Shown here: piece by piece, positions 49,885-61,813 of the stretch
Layout of the letters: every line of letters begins with the position of its first letter
Position numbering within the stretch: the first letter of the stretch is position 1
From: Entomortierella parvispora E1425
Lineage: Eukaryota > Fungi > Mortierellomycota
Assembly: GCA_020891255.1 (NCBI GenBank)
Contig: BQFW01000015.1
Span: forward strand, 2,108,001-2,172,000
Reading direction: 5' to 3'
DNA length: 64,000 nt
Translations under genes and position numbers: made by a program
Notes under the pieces: model-generated
Database searches by the model: none
What the model was told of the DNA's origin: nothing
Seen by the model: the letters and a program-made list of their open reading frames with translations, nothing else

Positions 49885-52164
49885 ATGAAGAAGGACAAGG
49901 TCGCCAAGGTCGATCGGTCCGAGGAGCGTCTTCGAGAACTCGGCTACAAGCAAGAGCTGAAGCGCGAGTTGACCTCGTTCACAAACTTTTCCGTCTCATT
50001 CTCCATCGTCTCCATTCTCACCGGACTGACCTCCCTCTACGGCACAGCCCTGAACTCGGGCGGACCTGCCGTCATCATCTGGGGTTGGGTAATCACTGCA
50101 TTTTCATTTTTTTGACCCTCTACTGCTAATGCTTCCGCCGTTTAGCATTTCTTATCATGTTAACCAGTTTCGAGCGTTCTCATCCTATTTCTAGGTCTTT
50201 GTCTCTTTCATGTCCATGTGTGTTGCCGCCTCAATGGCCGAGATCTGCTCTTCATACCCTACCAGTGAGTTTCCTTTCCTTCTTGAAAAAAAACCCCCCG
50301 TGGGAGAAACACCAGATGAAGAGAGATCGGATGACAGGGATTGGTGCCCTGTGTGGACAAGCCGGGTGGCCGGAGCAAACAAGAACTTGTTGAGAGTTGA
50401 AAGTGGCCTAGAGGGGTGCATGCCGAGTGAACAAAGGAACGAAGAAGGGTTCTCCATCTTGCAACTCTATTCGGGTTTGCATTTTCACGAATGCCAATCC
50501 GGTCGTGTGAGAGGCTGGTCTCTGGCGCAGTTGGGGTCAAGGGACGGGGAGATCGGAGGATTGGTTAGTTACCCAGACCAGAAGAGCGTGAGCACTGATA
50601 ATGCGTTTCTTGTTTTTACCGCACAGGTGGTGGACTTTATTTCTACAGCAGTCGATTGGCAGGAAAGCATGGCCCATTCTTTGCATGGGTCACTGGATGG
50701 TGGAACTTGCTCGGTCAGTTTGGATGTACTGCCGGTATTGATTTCGGATTGGCGTTGCTATTGTGCTCTGTCATCTCGTTGGCGACCGGCTGGATCTACG
50801 AGCGCTGGCAAGTGGTCTTGATCTACTTCCTAATCCTGATTATCCACGGACTGATCAACACCTTCTTGGTAAAGCTCATTGCCATCATGAATACCGTCAG
50901 TGTTTGGGTCCATATTGGAGGCATCGTCATCATCTTGGTCACTCTCTTGGTCAAGGCTAAGGACAAGGCCACGGCTTCATTCGTGTTCACAACCTTCATT
51001 AACAACACTGGCTGGAGTAGCTCCGTCTATGTAAGCGAACTGTGTGGATTAAGGGCTTCTTCTGTCGTGTCAAGCCAAAGCAATTGGGCCTTTGCAGATA
51101 GCTTACTGTCCGGCCCGGTCATTTTCAATTATAGGTTGTCCTGTTGGGTCTCTTGCAATCCCAATTCACCATGACAGGTTACGATGCTTCTGCCCACATG
51201 ACTGAGGAGACCAAGAACGCCGATGTTGCTGGACCAGTTGGAATCTTGATGGCGGTATCAGTTTCCTTTGTGGCCGGTCTCGCATATCTTTTGGCTTTGA
51301 CATTTGGTATCCAGAACCTTGAGAACGTCTTGAACACCAAGACTGGAAACCCCATCGCTCAGATCTTTTTGGATGCTCTGGGTCAGACTGGTGCTATTCT
51401 GCTGCTCGTCATCTTGTTGTTGGCTCAATTCTTCTGTGGTAACGCCTCGGTCACCGCCAACTCTCGTATGATCTACGCCTTTTCGCGTGATGGAGCCATG
51501 CCTGGATCCAAATACCTGCACAGGGTCCACCCTCAATTGAGCAGCCCCGTCTGGGCCATCTGGTTGTCTTGCTTCGTCTCTGCTCTTTTGGGTCTCTTGT
51601 ACTTGATTAACGCAGCCGCGTTCTCGGCCATCACCAGTATCGCTACCATCGGTCTTTACATTTCCTATGGTAAGGATGAGATGGCACTGCTCTACTCTTT
51701 GTTTGTCAAGAAAAATAATAGTATAGTCTTGTCAACATCATCCATCTAACAAAAAAACCCCCCCTTGTTCATATTCTTTCACAGGTATCCCCACTTTCTG
51801 CCGATTGACTTTTGCTCGCGATTCATTCGAGCCTGGTCCTATTTCTTTGGGCAAGTGGAGCCCCATCATTGGATGGACTGCCTGTATCTGGATCTGCATC
51901 ATCACAGTGTTGTTTGTCCTCCCTGGAGAGGCGCCTGTGACAGCCCAGAACATGAACTACACAGTGGTGATCGTCGCTGCAGCTGCCTTTTATATCTTTG
52001 GCAATTGGTACTTCAATGCCCGTCACTGGTTCAAGGGCCCTGTTAGTAACATTGATATGGAGGAGGCCGGCGCTGATTTCCCTTCCTCTTCCAACGCTGG
52101 TGACAAGTTTGAAGTGGATACCCCTGCCAGTTCTGAAAAGCAAGAGCTCGAGGAGAGAATCTAA
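49885..52164 (+). CDS. APC-superfamily amino acid/GABA/polyamine permease (ACT family: UGA4/HNM1/TPO5/BAT1-like; 5 exons)
   Basis: Motifs LRELGYKQELKR, NFSVSFSIVS, GGPAVIIWGW, SMAEICSSYPTSGGLY, WVTGWWN, GYDASAHMTEET, SRMIYAFSRDGAMP, plus about 12 hydrophobic segments. Confidence 0.93.
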
Positions 52165-52623
52165 AATAGATGTGCTCGACAGACAAAGAAAAAAGAAAAA
52201 GAAAGAGGAACCTCTAATCCCGAAATATATTGTATTTGCCTCCCATTGAATATCCTGTTCATTCTCGCTGTAAGGGTTTGATGGACCACTCCATGGTTCA
52301 TCATCATTGAATTCTTGCTGTTTTTTTACATTGATTTTATTTTTTTTTTGAAAAAGGGGAGTATTCCAGATAGTCCATAGGGTACCTATTTCCAGGCTAT
52401 CAAAGCTAAGCAGAGATTGGGGCTTTTTTGTTTTTGTTTTTTTGGTCTTGTCAGTCAAATAGATAGAGAATAAATGGTAAAAGATGCAAGAGATAATTGG
52501 TGTGAAGCGTCGCAACGACTTTTCTCCCCAAAGCACACTGTTTTCTTTGTGGAAGAGAGGGAGAGACTTCGTCCATCCAGAGATCTCTGCATTCAAACAC
52601 AAAGGTTGTCTTTTCGCCTTGAT

Positions 52624-53729
52624 TTAGTTATCATGGACTGGGGCCAAGCGACGGCTCAACCAGTGACGCTTCTGGGCCTGGACCGCGGGGACAGTGATGG
52701 TGACGGGCTGTCTGGCGGCGAACAAGGCCTGACCGTAATCACCGTTGGCCAAAGGCTGCTCCTGAATAAAAGGTGTGTTGGGTCCATAGTTGGCAATCAA
52801 GGGGGAAAGACCCGAGAAGGTACCGCCATTGGTGCCTTGGATGATCACATCGGCGGTAGAAGAGTACAACTCTCGGTTACCCTCGTTGTTGTTCCAGAAC
52901 AGGTTCAGGATAGCGGGTCCAGAGGGGGCGGAGGCGGGGAGGGTGAAAGGCAAGTTGAAGGGGTCACCGTTGGTCGCGTTCACCATGCAGTTGAGCAAGA
53001 AGTCTTGGAAGACAACCCAGGTCGTGGCATTATCATAAGAGAGGGCCCATTGGCAGCTGATGGTTTCCAATAGCGAGTTTTGAACAAAAGAAAGAGAGCC
53101 AAGACGCAGTAAAAGAAAGAAATGTCAGGATGTGCTAAATGAGAGACTATCTGCGCCATGAAGTGCGATTCCAAGCAACCGTACCTTCCACCGTTGTGGT
53201 GAGCACCAATATCCATTACGGCCGGGATTGTCTGGCCTGCCACCAATGTAGGGCGGACACCGGGGAAGGACGATGGCCACTTGGGGATAGGGCTCGCGAT
53301 GGCATCCTAGAGAAGCATAGGAGAAGCACAGCACAAGTTCCATAGCAGACGCGTTTGTGTTCATGATGAGGGGTTTTCGTAAGAGAAAAGGAAGAAATGG
53401 AAGGAAGGAAAAAAAATGCCTCAACCAATGTTAGTACGCGTTTGTCACATGACCCGAGCATTGCAATGCCAACTTCAACTTTTTTTTTTTTTGTTCTTTG
53501 TGGTGTTGAGCAGGTAGTAGACGATGATTCGTCCTTGACTTACATGGTTACCGACAGGCGATCGAATGTTATAGTCGATCAAATCGAAGTCACTGGAATC
53601 GGGCTGGGGACACTCGGCATAGGCACCTCGACGGGGGCAAGGGTAGCGGAATGAGATGTGGGCTTCCGTTGCAGCGGTGAAGAGACCTGCGAGGAGAGCA
53701 ATTGCGGTGGTAGTAATGAAGGACTTCAT
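52624..53729 (-). CDS. Secreted lytic polysaccharide monooxygenase, AA11-like (chitin-active family; 3 exons)
   Basis: Signal peptide MKSFITTTAIALLAGLFTAATEA is followed by His1 (HISFRYPCPR). Spliced GAHHNGGSCQWALSYD supplies the second brace His and WNNNEGNRELY the axial Tyr, matching the AA11 consensus (HGGGSCQ...GNREMY). Confidence 0.82.
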
Positions 53730-53839
53730 TATGAACGTGATAGAATTGAACAAGAGAGAATCGAGGAGGGGAGGAGAGTGAAGGTCGAGATGAGACTGAA
53801 GAGTAGGTAGAAGCCAGAAAAGGTGGAGGAAGCCCAAGG

Positions 53840-53847
53840 TATTTATA
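53840..53847 (-). promoter_or_regulatory. TATA box upstream of the AA11 gene
   Basis: TATAAATA on the minus strand about 110 bp upstream of the ATG, followed by a CT-rich leader. Confidence 0.55.
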
Positions 53848-55500
53848 CGTTCGCACCGGATGACATTGTGTGAGGAAGGCTATTTGGGTTTAATAGCGAC
53901 AAAGACTTCTCTACCCTCAAGGTTCCAGATCATACAATGAGCAAGCTCTTCCTTCGGCATTTGGACAAAAGTTGTTGCTGTTGTTATGTTGTTGTTGTTG
54001 CTCTTGTGGGTGTCGACAAGGTGAAGGAGCCGGACCCCCCAATAATCTGTTTAGAGCAGGGACTGTACAGGGAAAAATGTACATGTGCCCGATCAGAGTG
54101 GCAGCAGACACGAACACCAACAAGAGATGGCACCACGCTATGGTGTCACCTCAAATGGATGAAGGCAAGGAAGAAGATGAAAGAGAAGGATGGGGAATGC
54201 AAGGGACGGCAAAACAGGCTCTCTTCACTCATGACTCGCAGCAAGTCTAGAGTGCATCGCCAGCAACCTTTGCACCCTTCTCAGAGAAAGTCCGGCTGTT
54301 TTTGCAGTCAGCTGAACCAAGGACGAAAAACTCCATGGGTCTGATCTTACATCAAGATTCAATTGAGTCGATCATTTTAAAATGCTGACATTGATGTCAA
54401 AAGGGAGATAAAAAGAGAGGGAGGGAGAGAGAGAAAGCAATTGAGATCAAGCTCTTGATTGTAAGAGGCGGAGGACGGAACATCCACGGCCAAAGCAAAA
54501 AAGGAACAACAGAAAACAACAAGAAATTGAACGAAAATCAAGCGAAAAGACTACATTTGCGACCATGGGGTTAATGTTTTTCTTTATCCGAGGGTAAAGA
54601 GTCCTGAACCTTCAAAAGGGGCTCAGGCTACTAATTTACTTCAACTTTCCGGGACTACTTTTCGCTCCTCAACTCCCGCCCCTCGGACCCAAGCGCTTTC
54701 TCATCCGTCTCATCCCTCTCTCCACGATCGCGCCTCTTTGATTGGGCCATCAACGAATGTTGGTTTGTTTGTTTTGCTTGCTTGTCGCCCTATCAAAACA
54801 ACTTCCCGTGGACAAAACGGACAAAACATACGAAAAAAGTGGTTTTGTCATCCAGGGGTCCGACACAAACAACAAACAACCTATTGAGCATAGACTAACG
54901 GGAAGGCGAGAAACGGCTCCAAAAAAGTCGCGTTACAGGCAAACGTATCCCTTGGTAACACAAGTGATTTCTTATCAAAGGCACGATCTCAACTTTTTTT
55001 TTCACTGGGGAGAAATTGGGCCCTTTCAAAATGATGCGCAATGGTGAGTGCCTTGAGAGCCCCATGCCTGTGACGAAAGAGAAGAGAAGAAGCAGCTATA
55101 CATGTCTAGTTTACTCACACGATACTCATGTCAGGGCAAAGTCATTTGTGCTGCTCAGATACACGGAGGTGCATTATCAATCCGCTCTCCATCTTCTCCT
55201 TGCATGCTCGACATGGACGAACGATTGATCATGTACACCTTGTCTGTCTCCACTCATCTGCAATGCAAACCTTGTCGTGGGCAATTTTTTTACCTCTGAC
55301 CCTCTTTTTCAAGTGGGTCAATCGAGCCGGCAGCCGCCAGTTTGAACTGGGCTGTAAATTCATTAATTTTACTCAGTTGCAAGCACTGGGGTGAGACGTT
55401 TGCCCTCTTCTAGATTGATCTTTCATTGTGCATACATACCTGCAGCAGCGCCAGTTCCTGAGATCTTTCGGATAGGACAGATCCATGTTGACCGATTTCA

Positions 55501-55532
<32 letters not shown>

Positions 55533-55799
55533 CTGCAATCTTTCACCTTTTTACAATTCCAGCCATTCTCTGTCAATGCAGGGGAAATCAAACGATCGTG
55601 CGGAGCAATTGATTGCCGTCAACAAACATTCTAGCACAATATCCATTCAGGACATGTTTGTCCTCCAGACCAGTTTTCATTTGCCATCGTCATTGACATC
55701 CTCATCCCTTGACTTCCTATTGTGCAAAATGGTTAATCCGAAAATGTCGTCTTTCCTTTGATTGTCAAACACAAAACGAAGAAAAAACACGCGAACAAT

Positions 55800-55831
55800 C
55801 AAATGTATCTCGGACAAATGTATCTCGGACA
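55800..55831. repeat. Direct tandem duplication of a 15-bp unit (CAAATGTATCTCGGA x2)
   Basis: Read directly, downstream of PIG-X. Confidence 0.9.
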
Positions 55832-56006
55832 TCAAACAAGCGAGCACAGGAACACACGAACAAGGGAGCGGTCTGCCCGCCGTTGTTTTGCGTCCGTGTA
55901 GTGAATAGTAGCGGAAGGGGAGGTTTTGTGCGTTCTTGGATTTGATGCAGCGTGAGAATGGATAAATATCATTTGTTATTTCTCATCTCTATCAAATTGG
56001 TTTTCC

Positions 56007-57956
56007 TTAATCTTGCTTTTTAGAACCAGCAGACCGACGACTCGACACCGCCTTGACCAACGCCAAGGTCACCATCAGAGTGCCTGCGGCCGCCAAAACA
56101 AAGGTCGCAACGCGAACAATGCCCAAATCCTCCAATCGACCCACAGGGACGGAGACATGTGCCTCAGGATAATGTCTAGGAATCGGATCAGGCAACAAGA
56201 ATCTCCAGTCCACAGGCGATCCATCTTTGGACACGGACGATGAAAACAGAGTCAAGGGAAGCGCAGGGATCTGGAACAACTTTTTGGCTTCCAGGTGTGC
56301 CAAATTTTCGGATGAATCGACAGGACATGCCCAGGCCACAATGGGCCATGGAACCGCCACATCGATGTGCGTCGCATTGCTGTCCTTTGCCACTGGTGGT
56401 TGGTATCGCATGTGCATAGGGATATCCACCGTCGCTGAAAAAATTCCTGCACCAACAGCCTGGGTACTCTTGGATTCTGTTTCAGTGTTGCTGCTGTTGC
56501 TTTGTGCTTGCCAGCGCGAGGTAGCGGACGAATCTTCTGGCTGAACCTTGACCATCACCAAGCTTCCCCAGCCTTCCACAACTCCCACGGGCTTCTCCAG
56601 ATCGGTCTCTCCAAACACGATGGACTGTCCAATCTCGGGTGCCAGCCCCTCCAACTGGAATGGATCCACAAAGATACCTGGGGGCAAGACCTGGAGGACA
56701 TGAAGATCACATCCTGCTGTTGTGTCCTCGATATACGGGTTCGAGTGAATCATCGTGACTGAGTGGGGATGGAATGTCTGAGCAGGGGTCATGGTTGAGT
56801 TATATCCATGCCCTTGAAGTCGAATCGCTCCAGAGGATAGGTCGCGTTTGTGAGGGGGAAACACGGGTGCTCTGGTCTGGATCATTGCCTCCCGAACTTC
56901 TTCGCCTTCCGCATCCATGGTCACTGTCGCGCCCAAATAATGATCGTAGACAATGTGTGCCTGCTCAGTCACCTCACGATAGAACCAGCCAACTTCTACC
57001 ACCTGATCAAACCTCTCATCAAAGAAAACGTTGACTGCGTTCTGAGCATCAACCTCCTTGTTGCGATTGCTGTTCCCGACAGGCCAGACTACCTTCACGA
57101 TCACGTCGGACTGTTCATCCAGTACAATGTCAATCAAGGCAGGCGTATGCAAAGATCCAGACTGCCGTTGTTTCACAAGAAGGAACTCCAGTGCGGAAGA
57201 TTTGGCACGGAAAGTCTCGGGAGCTGTAGTCCTGTGGATATATTGGTGCTTGTTGATGGCGATCAGATCCGTTCCGCGGACGTCCGTGTTTGAACTACTA
57301 TAATTGAGCTCCGTCGCGTCGCGGCAGTCAACACCTCCTACCAATTCCTTCAAAACTGGGCAGATTGCATTCCAGGTGGACTTGTAGTCGTCACTGTTCA
57401 ATATGAAGAACACAAAACAAGTCAGAAATCCAAGTGGGCCAATTTGATCTGCAAAAACCCCAACCAAAGCAAATACTATACCTGGTAACGGCAAGGTGAA
57501 ATCCAGGGACAAACGTAGGGGTGAATGGAGGTCGAAGCAACGGTGCCTGGTTGCCGTACCATTGCACATGGACCTTGCCCTTTGGCATCGCGTTCACGCC
57601 ACCGATTTGAGAGATCTGCCAAGCACCGGATTGATGAGTAAGCATATTCATGAGCATTGCAGCAATCTTTTGGTTCTAATGGTCGACCCCTTTTTGCCTA
57701 CCTTCTTGGTTGCTTTCCAGATGCTGTCTAATGAGCCTCGCATTTCCCATTCCCGAAAGCCGTTGAGTCCCAAGACTTGGACCTGATGCCGTGACACCTT
57801 GAGATTATCATCGGAGGGCTCTTCGGGTAATGTAGAAAAGAAAGAATGACGATGGCGGAGAAGAGTTGTAGAAGGTGCGGAAGAAGTATCGGCCGAGACT
57901 GAAGCCGCGCCTAGAGCGAGCAGCATCACCGCGGCATGGACAGTTAGGAGCTTCAT
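56007..57956 (-). CDS. PIGX: GPI mannosyltransferase I subunit PIG-X/Pbn1 (3 exons: about 57956-57701, 57628-57483, 57393-56007)
   Basis: Signal peptide MKLLTVHAAVMLLALGAASVSA. PIG-X domain LPPGIFVDPFQL, ETDLEKP, IPMHMRYQPP, VAWACP, VPVG. C-terminal TM plus basic tail. Three listed ORFs join in frame through GT-AG introns. Confidence 0.85.
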
Positions 57957-58340
57957 GGTGTGATGAATGAATTGAGGAAATTGAAAGAACGCGCCGAGGA
58001 CGAAGATTGCAAAGTATTCAAGAAAAATTAATCAACATTATTTAAACTCAAGTATTTAAAATTTAACTCATAGAATTTTATCAGATCAAGACGCGTACAG
58101 AGTCTCTAAAAAAAAAGAACTTGAAAAAAATATTTATTATTATTATACAAGGAGTGTGCTGTCCTTAAGTGGGGAGAGAGTTGATGGGGGCTGTTGTAGC
58201 CTGTTTAGAGATGTGTTCCCTCATGATGGTGGTGGGAGGGTGGATGAAGAGGAGAGTTGTCGGTTTCGCTTTGGATTTCTAGCTTGAAAGGGGAATTGAT
58301 GTCTAGATAGTTGCCTCGAGGCAAGGGGCTTGCATCCTCT

Positions 58341-58511
58341 TTACTTCATGTTGCGCTGGGCGCTGAGACGGAGGTGAGGATCGGTGGCGAGCTTGCGAAG
58401 ACCCATGTAGGTACCGCCAATGGAGGCACCAGCGACGACTGTGATCAAGGGGTAGACCTCAGTGGGGGCCTTCATGCCGCGCATAGCGTTACGGAGGAAT
58501 TGGCCCAACAT
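58341..58511 (-). CDS. NDUFA4/COXFA4 (MLRQ)/B12D-like small single-TM mitochondrial protein, 56 aa
   Basis: MLGQFLRNAMRGMKAPTEVYPLITVVAGASIGGTYMGLRKLATDPHLRL fits the family pattern E(L/V)xPL...G...Y..R....P(D/H)V. It is preceded by a CT-rich leader and a TATATAAA box. Confidence 0.72.
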   Translation of the reverse strand: MLGQFLRNAMRGMKAPTEVYPLITVVAGASIGGTYMGLRKLATDPHLRLSAQRNMK

Positions 58512-58655
58512 GATGGATATTTGTGTGTGTAGTGGTGGTGAAAGGGGAAGGAGGGATTGGTTTGCTTGGAAAGCTTGAAGTGCTTTTGGAAGAGTGGTTG
58601 TGATTGTTGTGGATGATGATGATAGAAAAAGAGAGAAGAGTGCGAGCCACATGAG

Positions 58656-58663
58656 TTTATATA
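58656..58663 (-). promoter_or_regulatory. TATA box upstream of the NDUFA4-like gene
   Basis: TATATAAA on the minus strand about 145 bp upstream of ATG 58511. Confidence 0.5.
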
Positions 58664-59199
58664 TGCAAAGACTGAGGTTCCAAAAAGCATCATACGACCG
58701 GATGTCAATGGTGGCGATAGTGCAGACGCGGGTGGAGGTCAAAGCGATGAAGAGAGGCGAGAGAGGCGAGGTTTCAGGCGTTTTGGTGGCGCTGTCCACT
58801 TTGGGCTTTGAAGACCTGCGATTCTCGGAGGTCGCTTTCCTCATTAGCAAAATCCGCGACCTGTCCCTCTTTCTTGGGCCATTGCGGCTTTGCCCAGTTT
58901 CTCGACCTGAGTCTCTCGGGTGTGTCAGCCCTCAGGCTTGGGTGGGACGACGATAGCAGACCAAACAGATTTCGCAGTTTCATCGCCCGCAATGATCCAC
59001 TGTGTTTCCGCTCGGTTTCGTGACTGTTTTTCGGAACTGTTCAATTAAGGAAACAGCCCGCGTGCAATTATGGTGAGGTCATTGGATGCGTTCAAATATG
59101 GAAGGCCCGGATCTTTCCTATTTGCAAACGTGCATTGTGCATGCAGAACGATAGAAAGTGCTGGGGCGTACAGTTTCTTTGTAGTCAGCAAGTATTTTA

Positions 59200-59245
59200 T
59201 TACGAAAGGGATTGCAATGGCTCTTCGTCTGTTCGTTGGACAAGT

Positions 59246-59298
<53 letters not shown>

Positions 59299-61032
59299 CT
59301 GTTCCTGTTGAAACTGTTGTTGTTGCTGCTGAAGCTGCTGCAATTGAAGCTGCTGTTGCATTCGTTGCTGATGGTGCAATTCTTCCTGCTGACGCAGTTG
59401 CACCAGCGCCTGTTGCCTTTGATGACTGTTAATAAGCTCTGCCATGGCTGCAGGGTCGGTGGTAGGGAGGTTAAGTGCGCGCTGTGCCTGTTCCAGCAGA
59501 GGAACCATGTCCGCTCCATTGACGGTCGAGTTTGCCTGCGACAAAGGAAGTGGTGTGACGACCGGCAGCTCTGCATTGGGGTGCGTCGAAATTGTAGTTG
59601 AGTTATTTACAAAAGCAGATCCTGTATCTACAAACCACATAAATTTGGTCAGTCAAATATCTAATTTTCTCAACCTTCTCACCTCATAAAAGCATGAAAA
59701 AAAAAAAAAAAAAATCAAAAATCAAAAAAATTGCAGGAGAGGAATCTCACCAGTACTGCTCGCGACAGGGGCCAACGAGGATACACCAACGCTGAGAAGA
59801 AGTCCATTGTTGTCACTTGATGTACCATTCTCAATCTCGGTTTGTGCAAGTAGGAACTTTCGAAGCTCCTTCACCAACGGCAGCTTGGTTGCTCCAATCT
59901 GGCCATTTTGAAGCAAATACTCCGAGATAACATCCAAGGCATCGTTTGCTGTAGCAGCTAGAACCTTCTTCACCTCAGGCCGGCGTGGGTTTGGGCTACC
60001 AGTGGAGGCTTCCCGAGGCGAGAGCACCATGTTGGCCATCTGCAGTTGGTCCTTAAGGTAAGCAAGTGAATTCATTGAGCTGCTATTGGTGTCCCCAGAA
60101 GACCCTTCAGTTGAAACCAATGACCGCATGTCCATGAATGAACCAGAGCCAGGGTCCATGTTGGCTCCAGGGTCCGCATTAAACGTAGTGGAGATGCCCA
60201 CGCTGTTGCCAGTAGAACGTCTGCCGTTATTATCAGCACCTTCCATCGTTTCTTGCCCGGCATCCTCCATTTCTTCGTCGCCATCGGCCTCCTCGCTCCC
60301 CTCGCCCATATCCATCATACTGTTTGATCCTCCTGAGGCGTTCTGGCCAGAGCTTGCATTAGATGTGACAAGACCACCCAAACTGTTACCGTTGTTATTG
60401 TTACTGTTTCCTGACCGCGACTTGAACTGGCGATGTTTGATTCCATGTCTCCTCTTGAAGCCGTGATACCATCCAGAAGTCAATCCAAGATCAGCATCGC
60501 TGATTCCCATACGCTCTGCAATGCCCTTGGCCACCTGTGTGATGGCGGCCTCGCTGGTCAAGGTCATGACCGGTGGCAGCTGAGCAGGATCATATACTGG
60601 CATGACACCTCCAGCCCCGGCACTGGCCATGAGTTGTTGCTCCTGTTGGATCTGAAGCTGCTCGAGCTCGAGGGCTTTCAGTTCCTGGACCAAGGCCTTC
60701 TCAAACTCTGGAAACTTGACGGACCGGTGGCGTTTCGCAGAAGGATTTAAAAGCTCGGTGGAAAGTCTCTCAGTGGCAGTGGAGCGAAGTCGAGATGCAG
60801 TGGACAGGGAGATGGTAAGTCCGAATCGCGTCTTGCAGAACTGGACAATTTCCTTGCACGAGATGGAGTTATTGGAGGTGTTGTTGGCGCCACTGGCATT
60901 GTTGGAGCTGGACCCAGAGTCATCCCCACCAGCTTGTTGCTGTTGCTGTTGTTGGGCCTGCTGCTGCGATTCTGTGATGAAAACAGCGATCTTTCTTCTC
61001 TGAGATTCGGTCAGAGAGACATAGTTGGGCAT
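59200..61032 (-). CDS. CENP-B/Abp1/pogo-Tc5-type double HTH DNA-binding protein without a DDE domain; 2 exons (61032-59751, 59627-59200), 569 aa, polyQ tail
   Basis: First HTH: SLTESQRRKI...KEIVQFCKTRFGLTISLSTASRL. Linker: KRHRSVKFPEFEKALV. Second HTH: AITQVAKGIAERMGI...LTSGWYHGFKRRHGI. An in-frame GT-AG intron at 59628-59750 links to the Q-rich exon. Confidence 0.82.
59245..59301 (-). repeat. (CAG/CAA)19 coding trinucleotide repeat (polyQ) in the CENP-B-like gene
   Basis: 19 consecutive Gln codons between EQ.. and LVQR. Confidence 0.92.
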
Positions 61033-61813
61033 GGTGGGCTGATGTACACGCGGGTATTGTTAAATGTCAAGGAGAGTCTGGGATTGTGCTTGGGTTGGTA
61101 TATCTTGTTCTTGTTCTGTTGTCCGTAGATTGGGCGTCAAATTCGCTGTGGTGAGGAGAGCTTCTTTGCGGTAAAGAGGGCTTCAAGGGACCTTGAGTTG
61201 TGCTGGAGGGAGAAGAGGGATGAACCCGAGGCTGTCGTTTCGAGGCAGAAGGAGATAGATGTTGGGGAGATGGGGGATGGATGGATGCGAGCAGGAAAAA
61301 GAAACGCAGAAAAGAACGGTCACACATGTTGTGTTTTTTGTGTCCTACGCTGCGTGGTTTCACGCAGGGTAAGGGCTGTTTCCTCGCGAGCAGCCGATCA
61401 GCCATCCTGCACAGAAGTGTAGAAAGCCATGGTGCCCACGCAAAGCAAGCAAGCCAGCAGGAAGAGAGAAAGAAGGAGAGACAGGGCAAGAACTGGGATC
61501 AGGCAAGCAAGCAAGCAAAAATGGTAAAGGTCGGGAAGCAGGCAGGACAGGAAGGCGGACAGCGAATCAGCGGCCAGCGAATTGCGCCCAGGAAAACCGA
61601 CATGAAGGCTTTCGCCGTCAGTCTGCGTGCCACCAAAAAAAGGAAAGCGTCACTGCGCCTGCCATTACAAAAAGAACCTTGACAACCGTAGGACAGCTTT
61701 TGCTCCTTCCCCACTTTCCCCATCCTCTCTACTCCCGCGTCTCCGCCATTGTCAATTCACCATCCACATCCTTGTCCCCATCTCCTGGCTCATCTGGTGC
61801 TACTCGTCCAAAC

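Noticed and set aside
53850-56000. 2.1-kb gene-free region with short ORFs, small hairpins and AACAAA-rich motifs
   Set aside because: No coding signal or RNA family is recognisable; most simply it is the AA11 upstream region plus the PIG-X 3' region.
59160-59202. Possible extra intron at the end of the CENP-B-like gene (GTAATA...CTGAC...CAG)
   Set aside because: At about 43 nt it is much shorter than any other intron in the window, so the stop at 59200 is preferred.
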